The notes: a model not told the origin generated them from the sequence alone. DNA of 64,000 bases from Eledone cirrhosa (GCA_964016885.1 OZ024754.1:1-64000), one strand, 5' to 3'. Positions 26,281 through 39,710 are shown, counted from the first letter of the stretch. Translations and numbers: made by a program.

Positions 26281-26831
26281 ATAATCTTAATGCACCTAAG
26301 TCTGTTAATTAAGGCATGATAAACATGTTTAACACAACAAAAACAACAATAAAGATAACATTATCAGCAGATCCTACCATAACTAGCAACGACAGCAGCC
26401 GCACCACAATCACCACCATGAATGAAAACAAAATCCCCACAACCAGCACCAACAATAACAACAACAATAGTGACTGCAATAACAACCACGATAACTACAA
26501 CAATAAGGACAGCACAGCCACCTTCACAACCACTCATCACTATCAACACCACCACCACCACTAGCAGCAGTAAGAGACCAGGTGATAATGGGTTAGATCA
26601 CTCTTTATATATTACTCAACAACTCCGCCTCTAACCCCCCCCCCACCGACACGGCATCAACACCCTCTCACCCTTAATATGCCTCACCCTATAGACAGAA
26701 TTATATTTATGAGCAAATTGAATTTACCTTTCGGTAATGACTTCTACATTCACTCAGGTGAAACGGCAGGGACAGGTGTAGGAGAAAAATGATTGTGAAA
26801 GTGTATATATGAAAGTATCTATTGTTTATCA

Positions 26832-26887
<56 letters not shown>

Positions 26888-26943
26888 TATTATATATAAA
26901 ATAAGAGGAGGCTGGACTGGTGTAAATCCTTGAAAGGTTTATT

Positions 26944-27001
26944 ATACTATGATTATTTCAATGACTGGGTTCAGTATGAATCCGGTGATATCATCAGGTA
27001 T
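26944..27001 (-). ncRNA. Type I hammerhead ribozyme motif (left arm)
   Basis: Minus strand reads ATAC-CTGATGA-TATCACCGGATTCATACTGAACCCAGTCATT-GAAA-taatca-TA-GTAT. Confidence 0.72.
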
Positions 27002-27135
27002 TCGAAATATAAGAAAGAAATATACACTTGAGGGCGACCGACTGAAGTAGAAACTGTTAGCTGGTCGATCGTCTTCTTGTCTATGATTTTCAGCCCCATG
27101 GATTTTATCTGTTATATTCCTTTGTTATATTTCGA

Positions 27136-27193
27136 ATACCTGATGATATCACCGGATTCATACTGAACCCGGTCATTGAAATGATCATAGTAT
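27136..27193 (+). ncRNA. Type I hammerhead ribozyme motif (right arm)
   Basis: ATAC-CTGATGA-TATCACCGGATTCA-tac-TGAACCCGGTCATT-GAAA-tgatca-TA-GTAT, with palindromic stem III ATGATCAT. Confidence 0.8.
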
Positions 27194-27379
27194 AATAAAC
27201 CTTTCAAGGATTTACACAAGTCCAGACTCCTGTTATTTTATAATAATTAACTCCGTACTCGCACCACCAACTACACAAACGAAGACGGGTGAGCTGCTTT
27301 ACGTTGAGTGCTCTCCATAATATTACATCGAGATTGACCATACGGAATGACCAATTCTATCCAGTGGTCAACCAACAAA

Positions 27380-27415
<36 letters not shown>

Positions 27416-27699
27416 ATGTGCGTGTGTATCTTCCTTATCTCTTTGAGCATTGTGTCTGTTCTATGTGCAGATATGATTATTTCAGTTTTTTCTAGTAAGA
27501 CACTGTATTCTAGTTTGGCATGTTGGTAGATCACTGACGAGTTCTCGCCAAGCCTCTGCCTCTTATCCTATACTATGATCTGTTTCATCCATGTATATAG
27601 TGGCCATGTTTCAACAAGGTCTACCCTGTTCGCCATATGCTATATACTACACTTCTAGTTGTATAGTTTGTGGACCTATCTTACAATCTCTCTCTTAAA

Positions 27700-27892
27700 T
27701 GAGCCAGCAATTTTGGGAGAGGAGAAAGTCGATTATATCGAGCCCCTGTGTGCTTGATTGGTATTATATTTTATCGATCCTGGAAGGGCGAAAGACAATG
27801 TTAATCTTGGGTGGATTTGAACTCAGAACATAAAATAGCCGTAACTAAATATTGTAAAGTGTTTTATCCGAGCATCCACCATTTCTGCCAGC
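27700..27892 (-). mobile_element. OR-like SINE, old long subfamily
   Basis: GCCAGCAATTTTGGGAG...GTCGATTATATCGAG...GGATTTGAACTCAGAAC. Confidence 0.82.
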
Positions 27893-28299
27893 TTTTAGTC
27901 TATTAATATATGAAGAGACCTAGAGAAGGGAAGTGGAAGAGAAAAGTGTGTGTGTGTGTTGTGTGTGTGTGTGTGAGTGAGAGAGAGAGAGAATGAATAT
28001 ATGTGAGTGTATATATACACTCACATACACACACACACACACATATATCTATATATATATATATACAGAAAAAGAAAGTGTAAAGAGAACGTGTTTGTAC
28101 GAGAGAGAAGGGGGGGGGGATGGAAAGAGAGAGAGAGTGAATGTGAGAGAGAGAAAGAGAGACAGGTGTTTGAGAAGGTGTGGTGATCACATTAACAACA
28201 CGAACAACAACACTAATGTTATTAAGAGAACGGAAACTGTTTATTAAATATAATCAAAAATGTTATGTTATTTCATTTAATTTCCTATCTCAAACAATA

Positions 28300-28471
28300 A
28301 CACGTATGTATGTATGTATGTATGTGTGTATATATGTATGTTTGTGTGTATAAATATATATGTATATAGTACATTTGTATTTATATATATATAAATGCAT
28401 ATATATGTATAAATATATATATACATATATATATATATATTTATACATATATATATATATATATATATTTA

Positions 28472-28569
<98 letters not shown>

Positions 28570-28600
28570 CATATATATATATATATATATATATTTATAC

Positions 28601-28634
<34 letters not shown>

Positions 28635-28740
28635 GTACACACGCTCACATGCATACATATACACAGACATTCACAGACACACGCCCATATATGTGTATAT
28701 ATGTATATGCATGTATGTATATACACACAGACACACACAC
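28300..28740. repeat. Interrupted (TA)n array with TTTATAC units
   Basis: Directly visible. Confidence 0.93.
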
Positions 28741-28980
28741 ACTGGCATGACAAGAACATTGACATTCCTACATATAATCTCCTGGTAATTGATTTATCCA
28801 TTTATAATGTTTTAATCAATATGCTAGCAACAAGTCGTCTGCATCAGACAAAATTCACATCTTCGTCTAGCGACATCCCCACCATCTTGTATATAACATC
28901 ATACATTACCTGCTTTTATTAGTTACTGATATATTTCGGCTAGACACGGTTATCATTTTTTATTATTATTGGCAGTATAT

Positions 28981-29184
28981 GGCTGTGGATTGGCAGCATC
29001 GGTAGATGCTTTGTGGTATATAGTTACGACCCTTTACGCTCTGAGTTCAAATCCTGTCGAGATTAACTTTGCCTTTTCGTTCTTACGCGGTCGATAAAAT
29101 AAAGTATCAGTTATGCACTGGGATCGATTTAACAGACTTTCCCTTTCCCCAAAAATTGTTGGCCTTGTGCCTAAATCAGAAACC
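28981..29184 (+). mobile_element. OR-like SINE, long subfamily, full length
   Basis: GGCTGTGGATTGGCAGCATCGG...GAGTTCAAATCC...GGCCTTGTGCCTAAATCAGAAACC with an ATT tail. Confidence 0.88.
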
Positions 29185-29193
29185 ATTATCATT

Positions 29194-29335
29194 GGCGGTG
29201 GATTGGCAGTATCGGTAGAGGCTTTGCGTTATTTAGTTACGATCGTTTAAAGTACCAGTAATGTACCCAGGTCGATTTAACCGTCTCTCTTCCCACGTCC
29301 AAAATGGTTGGCTTTCTGCCTATGTTAGAAACTAT
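29194..29335 (+). mobile_element. OR-like SINE, internally deleted, in tandem with the previous copy
   Basis: The head GGCGGTGGATTGGCAGTATCGG is joined directly to AAAGTACCAGTAATG, so the B-box region is missing. Confidence 0.78.
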
Positions 29336-29926
29336 TATTTATTCAGTAGTTTTATGCCTCTCTCTATTACATTACTTGGTCCGCCGCCTCCGTATATGCA
29401 GCATTGTGTAGGTATGGAGAGACTATGGACTCCTATTTGTGTATTGCTATCAGTCTTGTTTTGTTATGATATATATATATGTGTGACCCGTCTGTTTCTT
29501 TCTTACTGCTTCCCCTTTTCTCTGTATCTCTCACTTCCTTTTACCCCTCTAACAGTCACTCTCTCTATTAGCCTTCCTCACACTTTCACTCACTCACTCA
29601 CTCTCTGCTACTCCCTCTCCTTCCTCCCGTTTGACCTGTGCGAAATTCTTTCTTCACGCACACTTTGACCAAGTCGGATGGTCTTTATTCTCTCTCGTCC
29701 ACGATTTCACAGAACTTATATTCATCGATTTCAGGAACTTGACTCTTTCTTCCTCACTTTTCGTTGCATTACCATCTTCGATTGTTTACTGTCTCGCTCG
29801 TTCTCCTTATTTACGTGTCCCACCGACTTTCTTTAGCCGTTGCTCGCACCAACCGGAGGTATATGGTCTTTAAAGCGATGAAATACCAATGAAGGTTGGA
29901 AGATCACTGATGAAGGACTAAATTTA

Positions 29927-29970
<44 letters not shown>

Positions 29971-31991
29971 AATAACTGTGTGTAAGAGCCAACTTGAAAG
30001 CTACTTAAACAACCCCCTTAAAAACATAATACAACAATCATTCTATCGTCGTACGTTGATTAAATTACTCATACACGATACGTCATGTGTGTTTGTAATT
30101 GTATTAAATGTGATTTTCTTTATTCGCCTGTTTATATATCTATATAGCTTTTTAAAAACTTAATTTAATTCATAAAAGTCGAATTAGATTAATTTATCGC
30201 TGTGATTGGCAAGCATTAAGGATTATGTTGTTAATAACTGCCAACATGTCTAGACGTTTTATTCCTGGCCCGACGATTACATCTGTAGATTAAACGATTT
30301 AAGGGATTTAGATTGATTTAAGATTCGTCAGATAAGTTACAGTGAGCTCAACTAGAATTTTTAATTTAAAAAAAATATTTTTAAAGTGGGTATTTAAAGA
30401 AAGAAATATGAAAAATAAAGAATATATTTATTACAAAATTTAGTGTTATATAAGTCGGTTATTTTTCTTTTACAATTTATTTGAATGATTTCAACCAGCC
30501 AGCTATGGCCATGCTGGAGGCTTAGCCGATATTGGAAGCCAAGATTGACCTGAGCTAATGAGAAGTTTTTATGTAGTCGCTTGATCTACAAGAAATACCT
30601 GTGCAATTTCCATCAGATTCGATCTCCAAATAAAACAATTAAGGACACATTGTATACACTATCTTTGAAATAAAAAAGGGATTGGTTAGATTTGGAACAC
30701 CTCTGGTAATATATCTGTTAGATCAGGTCTGTCTTGAAGTTTGAAACGAGAGGAGTTTGTCTTATGGTCAACAATACAATACAAACACCTTATACCTTAC
30801 AAAATATACCTACAATATATCAGTACACTATATTACTCTATATGATACTACACTGTACTATATTACTCTATATTACACTATACAACCCTACATTACACCA
30901 CAGTATACTATATTATACTATATTACACTATACACAACTACAAGACTACACTACACTATATTACTCTACAATATTACCTCACCACCACCAACACTGAGCA
31001 ATGACGTAATAAGCAATATCTCTTCATTATAAAATGACGGAACCATTTTAATCCGAATACTAATTCGTTGGGTTTAGTGGTGGCGGTGGTGACATCGGCG
31101 GCGATGGTAGTAGTAGTAGTAGTAGTAGTTTTTGTTGTTGTGGTGGTGGTGGAATTGATGGTTGTGATGGTAATAATGGCAGTGGTGAGGATTCTGATGG
31201 TTGTATGGGTGGTAGCAGTTGTAGTTATGGTAGTGCAATGAAGGTGATGGTGTAGATGGTAAAGGGGATAATGGTGGTGATTATGTTGGGGGTGGTATTT
31301 GTGGTGACTGTGGTAGAGGTGGTCTGAGGGTTGCTGGCTGTAGTAGTGGTGCTGGTAGTTGTTTAAGTAACGTTGGCGACCATCGTGCTGGTGATGATGG
31401 TGACGATGATAAGGATAATAAGGATGACGAAAGAGGAAGAGAATTGTGGGGCGAGTAGACATTACCTCAAGCATTGCCAATACCCCCCACCCACCCATCA
31501 TCATAACCAAAAAAAATAAAGAAAAATTAAAGACAAAAACATTAACGACAACATTAAAAGCAAGAAAATAACACCAACAACAATAGCCACAACACCAACA
31601 ACAATAGCCACAACAACAACAGTCATACTCACAACAACAACAACAAGAGCCACATACCAAAATGATAATCCATTAATCTGTTTATTCCGTTATTCTGCCA
31701 GTCCTTTAATCCTATTTTTCAACATATCAAATCTCGCCAAATAAATTCTAGATTTTATAATCGCTCCGCCATCTTTAGGTTTTATTTTATATTGCACACA
31801 CACATCAACATAAATTATATTTTCAGACATTTTAATGTTATGTTGTTGCTGCTACTGTTGCTGATGTCGTCGTCGTAGTAGTAGTGGTGGTGGTGGTGTA
31901 TTTATTTGCGGTCCAATTGCGACGATAATCACCAAATGCGATTTCAATGAATGACAGCTGCATTGTTGGATTAATACTTTGGGTTGATGTG

Positions 31992-32307
31992 TGGGTGTTC
32001 CTTAGACCCTCGGGTAAATATATTGCGTGGATGGGTGTCCTTTAGACCTTTGGGTAAATATATTGGGTGGATGGGTGTTCCTTAGACCATCGGGTAAATA
32101 TATTGGGTGGATGGGTATCCTTTGACCATCGGGTAAATATATTGCGTGGATGGGTATCCTTAGACCATCGGGTAAATATATTGCGTGGATGGGTGTCCCT
32201 TAGACCCTCGGGTAAATATATTGCGTGGATGGGTGTCCCTTAGACCCTCGGGTAAATATATTGGGTGGATGGGTGTCCCTTAGACCCTCGGGTAAATATA
32301 TTGGGTG
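31992..32307. repeat. 40-bp minisatellite, 8 copies
   Basis: Unit TGGGTGT(T/C)CCTTAGACC(C/A)TCGGGTAAATATATTG(C/G)GTGGA. Confidence 0.96.
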
Positions 32308-32438
32308 TGTTGGTAGACAGATAGAGATAGGAAGAGAGAAAGAAAGAAATAAGGAAAGAAAGGCAGAAAGATGGAAAGAAAGTCAATTAGATGACAAATA
32401 GTATTTGACTGGATGGCTGAGTATAATGTCTGATAACA

Positions 32439-32672
32439 GTGATGATGATGATGAGTTTATTAGTGATGATGATGGAGATTACGATGTTGATGATGATGAT
32501 GATGAGTTTATTAGTGATGATGATGGAGATTACGATGTTGATGATGATGACGGGTTTATTAGTGATGATGGAGATTACGATGTTGATGATGATGACGGGT
32601 TTATTAGTGATGATGATGATGGAGATTACGATGTTGATGATGATGACGGGTTTATTAGTGATGATGATGATG
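32439..32672. repeat. (GAT)n-based ~45-54-bp minisatellite
   Basis: Recurring GTTTATTAGTGATGAT...GGAGATTACGATGTT. Confidence 0.92.
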
Positions 32673-32844
32673 CCGGCAAGAAATAATCGTGTCGTCACAA
32701 TCATGCTGATCATCGTTATGACATGATCTTCACTAATGGCTGTTATTAGTGATTATAATCATCCAAGTATGATATTTATTGTAGTGAGGGTGGGATTAAT
32801 AAAAATAGGGACGTTGATAGTAGTGTTAGTGATGGTGATGATGA

Positions 32845-34366
32845 TGTTGGTAGTGGTGAGGGTATTTAACGGTGAAGTCTAGGCTGTTGTTGTCTTCAAT
32901 GGTAGTGTTAGTGGTAGTGGTGAGGGTATTTAACGGTGAAGTCTAGGCTGTTGTTGTCTTCAATGGTAGTGTTAGTGGTAGTGGTGTTGGTAGTGGTGAG
33001 GGTATTTAACGGTGAAGTCAAGGCTGTTGTAGTCTTCAATGGTAGTGTTAGTGGTAGTGGTGTTGGTAGTGGTGAGGGTATTTAACGGTGAAGTCTAGGC
33101 TGTTGTAGTCTTCAATGGTAGTGTTAGTGGTGTTGGTAGTGGTGAGGGTATTTAACGGTGAAGTCAAGGCTGTTGTAGTCTTCAATGGTAGTGTTAGTGG
33201 TAGTGGTGTTGGTAGTGGTGAGGGTATTTAACGGTGAAGTCAAGGCTGTTGTTGTCTTCAATGGTAGTGTTAGTGGTAGTGGTGTTGGTAGTGGTGAGGG
33301 TATTTAACGGTGAAGTCAAGGCAGTTGTTGTCTTCAATGGTAGTGTTAGTGGTAGTGGTGTTGGTAGTGGTGAGGGTATTTAACGGTGAAGTCAAGGCAG
33401 TTGTTGTCTTCAATGGTAGTGTTAGTGGTGTTGGTAGTGGTGAGGGTATTTAACGGTGAAGTCAAGGCAGTTGTTGTCTTCAATGGTAGTGTTAGTGGTA
33501 GTGGTGTTGGTAGTGGTGAGGGTATTTAACGGTGAAGTCTAGGCTGTTGTTGTCTTCAATGGTAGTGTTAGTGGTAGTGGTGTTGGTAGTGGTGAGGGTA
33601 TTTAACGGTGAAGTCAAGGCTGTTGTAGTCTTCAATGGTAGTGTTAGTGGTAGTGGTGTTGGTAGTGGTGAGGGTATTTAACGGTGAAGTCTAGGCTGTT
33701 GTTGTCTTCAGTGTTAGTGGTAGTGGTAGTGGTGTTGGTAGTGGTGAGGGTATTTAACGGTGAAGTCAAGGCTGTTGTAGTCTTCAATGGTAGTGTTAGT
33801 GGTAGTGGTGTTGGTAGTGGTGAGGGTATTTAACGGTGAAGTCAAGGCTGTTGTTGTCTTCAATGGTAGTGTTAGTGGTAGTGGTGTTGGTAGTGGTGAG
33901 GGTATTTAACGGTGAAGTCAAGGCTGTTGTTGTCTTCAATGGTAGTGTTAGTGGTAGTGGTGTTGGTAGTGGTGAGGGTATTTAACGGTGAAGTCAAGGC
34001 TGTTGTAGTCTTCAATGGTAGTGTTAGTGGTAGTGGTGTTGGTAGTGGTGAGGGTATTTAACGGTGAAGTCAAGGCTGTTGTTGTAGTCTTCAATGGTAG
34101 TGTTAGTGGTAGTGGTGTTGGTGTTGGTAGTGGTGAGGGTATTTAACGGTGAAGTCTAGGCTGTTGTTGTCTTCAATGGTAGTGTTAGTGGTAGTGGTGT
34201 TGGTAGTGGTGAGGGTATTTAACGGTGAAGTCAAGGCTGTTGTTGTAGTCTTCAATGGTAGTGTTAGTGGTAGTGGTGTTGGTGTTGGTAGTGGTGAGGG
34301 TATTTAACGGTGAAGTCTAGGCTGTTGTTGTTGTAGTCTTCAATGGTAGTGTTAGTGGTGTTGGTA
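32845..34366. repeat. ~76-bp minisatellite, about 20 copies
   Basis: Unit GTGGTGAGGGTATTTAACGGTGAAGTC(A/T)AGGCTGTTGT(T/A)GTCTTCAATGGTAGTGTTAGTGGTAGTGGTGTTGGTA with 3n-bp indels. Confidence 0.97.
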
Positions 34367-34949
34367 GCAACGTGGCTATTATTTCCTACAACTAATTTAA
34401 AAATAAAAGACAACAGATTCTAAATATCTAAAATCGTTTGTAGAAATTGACTTCCGTTTCGGATGAATTAAGGACGGCACGTTAAAAGGTGGTTCGGATG
34501 AGTTGACAATCATCCAAGCTCTAGAGTCCCTGCTTCAGTGAAACAGTTTTACCGATGAAGACAAACGATCAAGTTGATTTTCATACATTAGCCACTTATC
34601 GAGTAATCGTGGTGCGAACACACATAATTCCTTAATCGGGATTTGATTAAAATATAGTCAAATACTTAAGTTCTTGTATTAAGTATGATACTGTGAATTG
34701 TACATTTACTAGCTTGCCTTAAACAGCGTGATGTCCATATAATATTAATGAGAGAGAGAGAGAGAGAGAGAGACGAACTCAAATGCAAAAATGAAATGCA
34801 AAGTTTTATTAGTATCATGCTTGAGAATGACGATAAATACATATTTCAACACACACATACATATGTATAATACACACACACACACATAATTTATAACCTC
34901 CTTCGAAAGTTCAACTTATATAGCTCGACACTATGTATGTATATACATA

Positions 34950-35070
34950 TATTTATAGTATGTACATTCATCTATATGTATATATAGGTGGCCTCGATAT
35001 ATACATATATATATATATACATATATTTATAGTATGTACATTCATCTATATGTATATATAGGTGGCATCA

Positions 35071-35103
<33 letters not shown>

Positions 35104-35137
35104 GTATGTACATTCATCTATATGTATATATAGGTGG

Positions 35138-35174
<37 letters not shown>

Positions 35175-35343
35175 TGTACATTCATCTATATATATATATA
35201 TAGGTGGCATCGATATATATATATATATATACATATATTTATAGTATGTACATTCATCTATATATATATAGGTGGCATCGATATATATATATATATATAC
35301 ATATATTTATAGTATGTACATTCATCTATATATATATAGGTGG

Positions 35344-35381
<38 letters not shown>

Positions 35382-35425
35382 TTTATAGTATGTACATTCA
35401 TCTATATATATATATATATAGGTGG

Positions 35426-35480
<55 letters not shown>
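34950..35480. repeat. Minisatellite (about 7 copies) with variable internal (TA)n
   Basis: ATAGTATGTACATTCATCTA(TA)nGGTGGCATCGA(TA)n. Confidence 0.93.
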
Positions 35481-35484
<4 letters not shown>

Positions 35485-35666
35485 CATTAACAGAGAAAGC
35501 TTTAAGCAATACTCCGACCGACTTCCGTCTCACCCAACAAACATTAGGATATACCTTAGTATAATCCCAATTATACTTTTGGGGTGCTAATTATACGTAT
35601 TATTATTATATATATATATATATATAGGGACCGACATGGAAAACGAATATATCTGTTTGTCTAAAA

Positions 35667-35968
35667 CAGGGTTTCCCAACGGTGTGCGATTTCAACTGTT
35701 GGGTGATGAGCAATGAACAGAAAATGTGGGTGATTGGAAACTTTGGTGGGCGATATAAGATTGAGGCTTAAGGAGGTATACCGACATCTGCTACCTCCAA
35801 AAAATATTCAAAGGAGATATGCAAAGAAACCGTGTAAAAAAATAAATAAAAGAGGGGGCTAAATAGGAATAACGAATCAGTAACGAACTTTTATCAAATA
35901 TATTTTGTGTGCTTTTGAATATTTACTAAATAAGTGGGCGAGGACTCAAAAAAGGTTGGGAACCCTTG
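35667..35968. mobile_element. Non-autonomous hAT (Charlie-like) MITE
   Basis: TIRs CAGGGTTTCCCAAC / GTTGGGAACCCTTG. 8-bp TSD GTCTAAAA (35659-35666) / GTCTAAAG (35969-35976), close to the NTCTAGAN target of Charlie elements. Confidence 0.85.
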
Positions 35969-36161
35969 GTCTAAAGTTTTATTATCTCACTAATAAGTGT
36001 TTGGAAACTAAGTTTTAAAGGTCGAGGACTTCTAACTCACGTGGTTAGAAAACGGTAATCATGAGACGTTGTTTAAGAATCTTTCTTGTGTAGACTTTAT
36101 ATTTTTATACATGCGATGAATTATTTTCATAAATTATTGGCCAGCCATAAATTTTACTTAC

Positions 36162-36200
<39 letters not shown>

Positions 36201-36205
<5 letters not shown>

Positions 36206-37002
36206 ATAAATTAACGGAGCCATAGACTCTCGTTATTCCCTGTCAATAATGTGCTCAAAGGAAAAGGAATCCTGAGCTCTTTAAAATACAATATGTTGAA
36301 AAGGTAACACACTAGAGAGAGATAGTGCGCCATCAGTAAAACAGGGAAAACCCACCATTGTATGGAATCTATAACCTATGAAAGGCAGGGTAGACACACA
36401 ATAATTAAATTAAAATTAAAAATACGCACCTCTATAACTATATAACACACGCGTACAAATCCAAAGACATCTGCTTCGCCAAGAAGTTGTTGACTGAAAT
36501 GGAATAGCCCATGTTTCATTAGCTCGTGCATGTTAATTTATCGTGATATTTCGCTCCTTATAACACTCTTTCCTCTCTCTCTCTCTGTTTGGTTGAGCAC
36601 ACTTCTCTGAGTGGTTTTTGGGCTGCCCTTTCTAGCAGCTCGTCCCTCAGATACAACTGGTTCGCTGCCCTATACACGCTGTGACATCTCTCTCCCGCGT
36701 GTAGATGGACGGTCGCTTTAGATTTTCTTAGAGTCGTCTGAAATGTATAGCCTTGCACGCGCTGATGAACCATGGGCTATTCCATTTCAGTCAACAACTT
36801 CCTGGCGAAGCAGATGTCTTTGGATTTGTACGCGTGTGTTATATAGTTTAGAGGTGCGTATTTTTAATTTTAATTTATATTTTTAATTATTGTGTCTACC
36901 CTGCCTTTCATAGATTATATATTCCATACACTGGTGGCTTCCCTATTTTACTGATGGCGCACTATCTCTCTCTAGTGTGTTACCTTTTCAACATATTGTA
37001 TT

Positions 37003-37003
<1 letters not shown>
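36201..37003. mobile_element. (TA)n-flanked element with ~250-bp inverted repeats containing an HHR-like motif
   Basis: 36284-36530 pairs with 36754-37003. There is an additional short IR TCACGATAAATTAAC (36201-36215) / GTTAATTTATCGTGA (36532-36546). Confidence 0.85.
36756..36836 (+). ncRNA. Hammerhead-like motif with GAAG instead of GAAA
   Basis: CACGCG-CTGATGA-aCCA...TGGc-GAAG-CAGAT-gtctttgg-ATTTG-TA-CGCGTG. Stems I and III pair well. Confidence 0.6.
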
Positions 37004-37054
<51 letters not shown>

Positions 37055-37585
37055 TATATGTACACGGGAAGTGTATGTTTGTGTTAGTTGTTGGTATACG
37101 TGACAACCAATAATGTAAATAAATTATATACACCTAATCTTAAAAATAGGTATTAGCAATATAAGAATATTGTTTTTTTATTACGTTAGGACGAAACATT
37201 TGGATGGAGTATAGTTGTTGTTGTTGGGTGAGTCTTTTGGCGGTGTTAGTGTCTCTGTGTTAGAAAGGTGACAAAGGTTAGGGATAAAATTGTAAATCAC
37301 ATTTTGTTTGAACAACAACAATATTGAGAAGCATATAAACGACAATGACACCGGTGATAAGGAGGTCATAGGATAAAAATAGCAGCTTAAAACCTCTCGA
37401 AATCAAAGGAACGTTGCTGGTGTTAGAGAAAGACACATTGGTTAACGTATCCCTAGATAACTTTAGACGGAATGGTTATAGCTAAGCCCGTTAAAAGCTG
37501 GTAATCAACATGAAATGTAGGCTTCCAAAGCTGATAAATGACCTAAACCAAATATGAAATGTAGGCGACCAAAGATAGAAATAAT

Positions 37586-37768
37586 TGTTTCTATTTTAGG
37601 CATAAGGCCAGCAATTACCCAGTACATTACTGGTACTTTATTTTATCGACCCCGTAAGGATGAAAGGCAAAGTTAACCTCGGCGGGATTTGAACTCAGAT
37701 CATGAAGGGACGAAACTCTATGCTTCAAATCATGGTGTCCGACTCTCTACCGATACTGCCAATCCACC
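37586..37768 (-). mobile_element. OR-like SINE, full length
   Basis: Reverse complement of the consensus. Confidence 0.92.
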
Positions 37769-37911
37769 AAAAATAATGCCGATCTAAATGTGAAATATAT
37801 TCTCCATTTGAAACTAATTATCAAGAACGTTGGTAATCAGTTCTAATTATATACAATATATGTCTGCTTTACATGTATATATTATTTATATGTAACAGGA
37901 TTTATATATGG

Positions 37912-38141
37912 CTTACAACTATAGACATATACAGTACATGGTACACTTGCAACTATAAACATATACTGTGTATGGTACACTTACAGCTATAGACATATAC
38001 AGTACATGGTACACTTACAACTATAAACATATACTGTGTATGGTACACTTACAGCTATAAACATATACAGTACAGGAAGTGTATATAATACACTTACAGC
38101 TATAAACATATTCTGTACAGGAAGTGTATATAATACACTTA
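37912..38141. repeat. ~34-bp minisatellite
   Basis: CTTACA(A/G)CTATA(G/A)ACATATAC(A/T)GT..ATGGTACA units. Confidence 0.85.
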
Positions 38142-38219
38142 CGTGTAATAATCAAGACCAGTTCAATATATTTTCAGACAATATATCCAGGAATTCATTA
38201 TTTAATATTCTCTAAGGAG

Positions 38220-38404
38220 GGCGGTGGATTGGCAGTATCGGTAGAGGGCCGGACGCCATGCTTTGACGCATAGTTACGTCCCTTGCCATTCTGAGTTCAA
38301 ATCCCGCCAAGGTTAACTTTGCCTTTCATCCTGACGGGGTCGATAAAATAAAGTACCAGTAATGCACTGGGTAATTGCTGGACTTGTGCCTAAAAGTAGA
38401 AACA
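38220..38404 (+). mobile_element. OR-like SINE, full length, with 17-bp TSD
   Basis: TSD ATTATTTAATATTCTCT at 38197-38213 and 38405-38421. Confidence 0.94.
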
Positions 38405-39311
38405 ATTATTTAATATTCTCTTTCCCTTTTGAAGACGGTAAGATGTAGTGTCCGATCACTTTGGTTGCTATTTCTAACATATAGAGGGATTACGTATAGG
38501 CATTTTCGATAGGTCATCGATATTTAACATTTTTCCATAGGTATCGAACTACAGAAGTTGAATTTAACCACATCAACACCACCTCAGTGACAATAAGATG
38601 TTAGCACACACATCAACCCCTGACACACACACACGCGCACACATGTACGCACACATATAGATGCCTAAATACAGACATCCACGCATACAAAAGCACAAGG
38701 ACACACACACATACATATATAAACACACTCACTCACACACGCTACAAATACAGAAATATACACAACCACAGCTACACGTACAAACACATAAACATACAGC
38801 CTCTTACGCGCAAACACACACATACACACGTGTATGTATAGACACCCACACATACAAATACAGAAACATAAACATACAACCATTAAGACACAAACAAATA
38901 CACACACATATATGTGTATACACACTCACACATAGACAAATACACACACTCACAAACAAACCAGCAAGGTTGTTAACTTCATTCTTTCACTGATCTACAA
39001 AATTCCTGATTACTAATTAGTAATTAGTAATAACGTGATATTGTTTAACTAGCCTTAACTCTTAATGTGGTCCCTGGTTTGGAACAATTAGAGAGGATAA
39101 TTACACAACATACGTAATTAATACGAAACGATGTGTAAATTCTTAGAATATATTTCTCGAAAACCACATAACAATACACACGCACACACACACGTGTCTG
39201 TCTGTATGTATATGTATGTATGCATGTATATATGTATGCGTGCGTGTGTGTGTGTGTGTGCGTGTATATATGTATATCTATATACGTATGTATGCATGTA
39301 TTTATGTAGTA

Positions 39312-39342
<31 letters not shown>

Positions 39343-39394
39343 ATGTATGCATGTGTATATATGCATGTATGTATGTACGTATGTATGCATGCAT

Positions 39395-39460
<66 letters not shown>

Positions 39461-39710
39461 CTATTTATGTATGTATCGACATTGATAGAACGTACAATTC
39501 TGTGACAATATAGATGTAAATCAGATTATGAATGGCACAATACCAAAATTCTTTCTCCTCGTATTTATAAGTAAGCAGAACATTAGTTCCTAGGTAGAAT
39601 TTGAAAAGGGAATAAGTAATAAAGCCATTCCTTGCCTAAGGTCGTTTAACTATCAAAGAGATTTACTGATGTATTCTCATGTATGCTGAACAACTTAAGT
39701 CACTCTACTG

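Larger units (their letters stand above)
26895..27242. mobile_element. Inverted repeat (~118-bp arms, ~110-bp spacer), each arm carrying an HHR; probable PLE remnant
   Basis: 26895-27012 and 27124-27242 are near-perfect reverse complements. The element is adjacent to (TA)n. Confidence 0.85.

Noticed and set aside
29908-29930. CTGATGA as a hammerhead
   Set aside because: It is cut off by (TA)n before any stem II closure or GAAA. Similar isolated hits at 14406 (inside a SINE) and 27535 also lack the fold.
32405-32686. Asp-rich biomineralisation-like ORF
   Set aside because: It is a (GAT)n-derived minisatellite, open in several frames, with no signal peptide or splice evidence.
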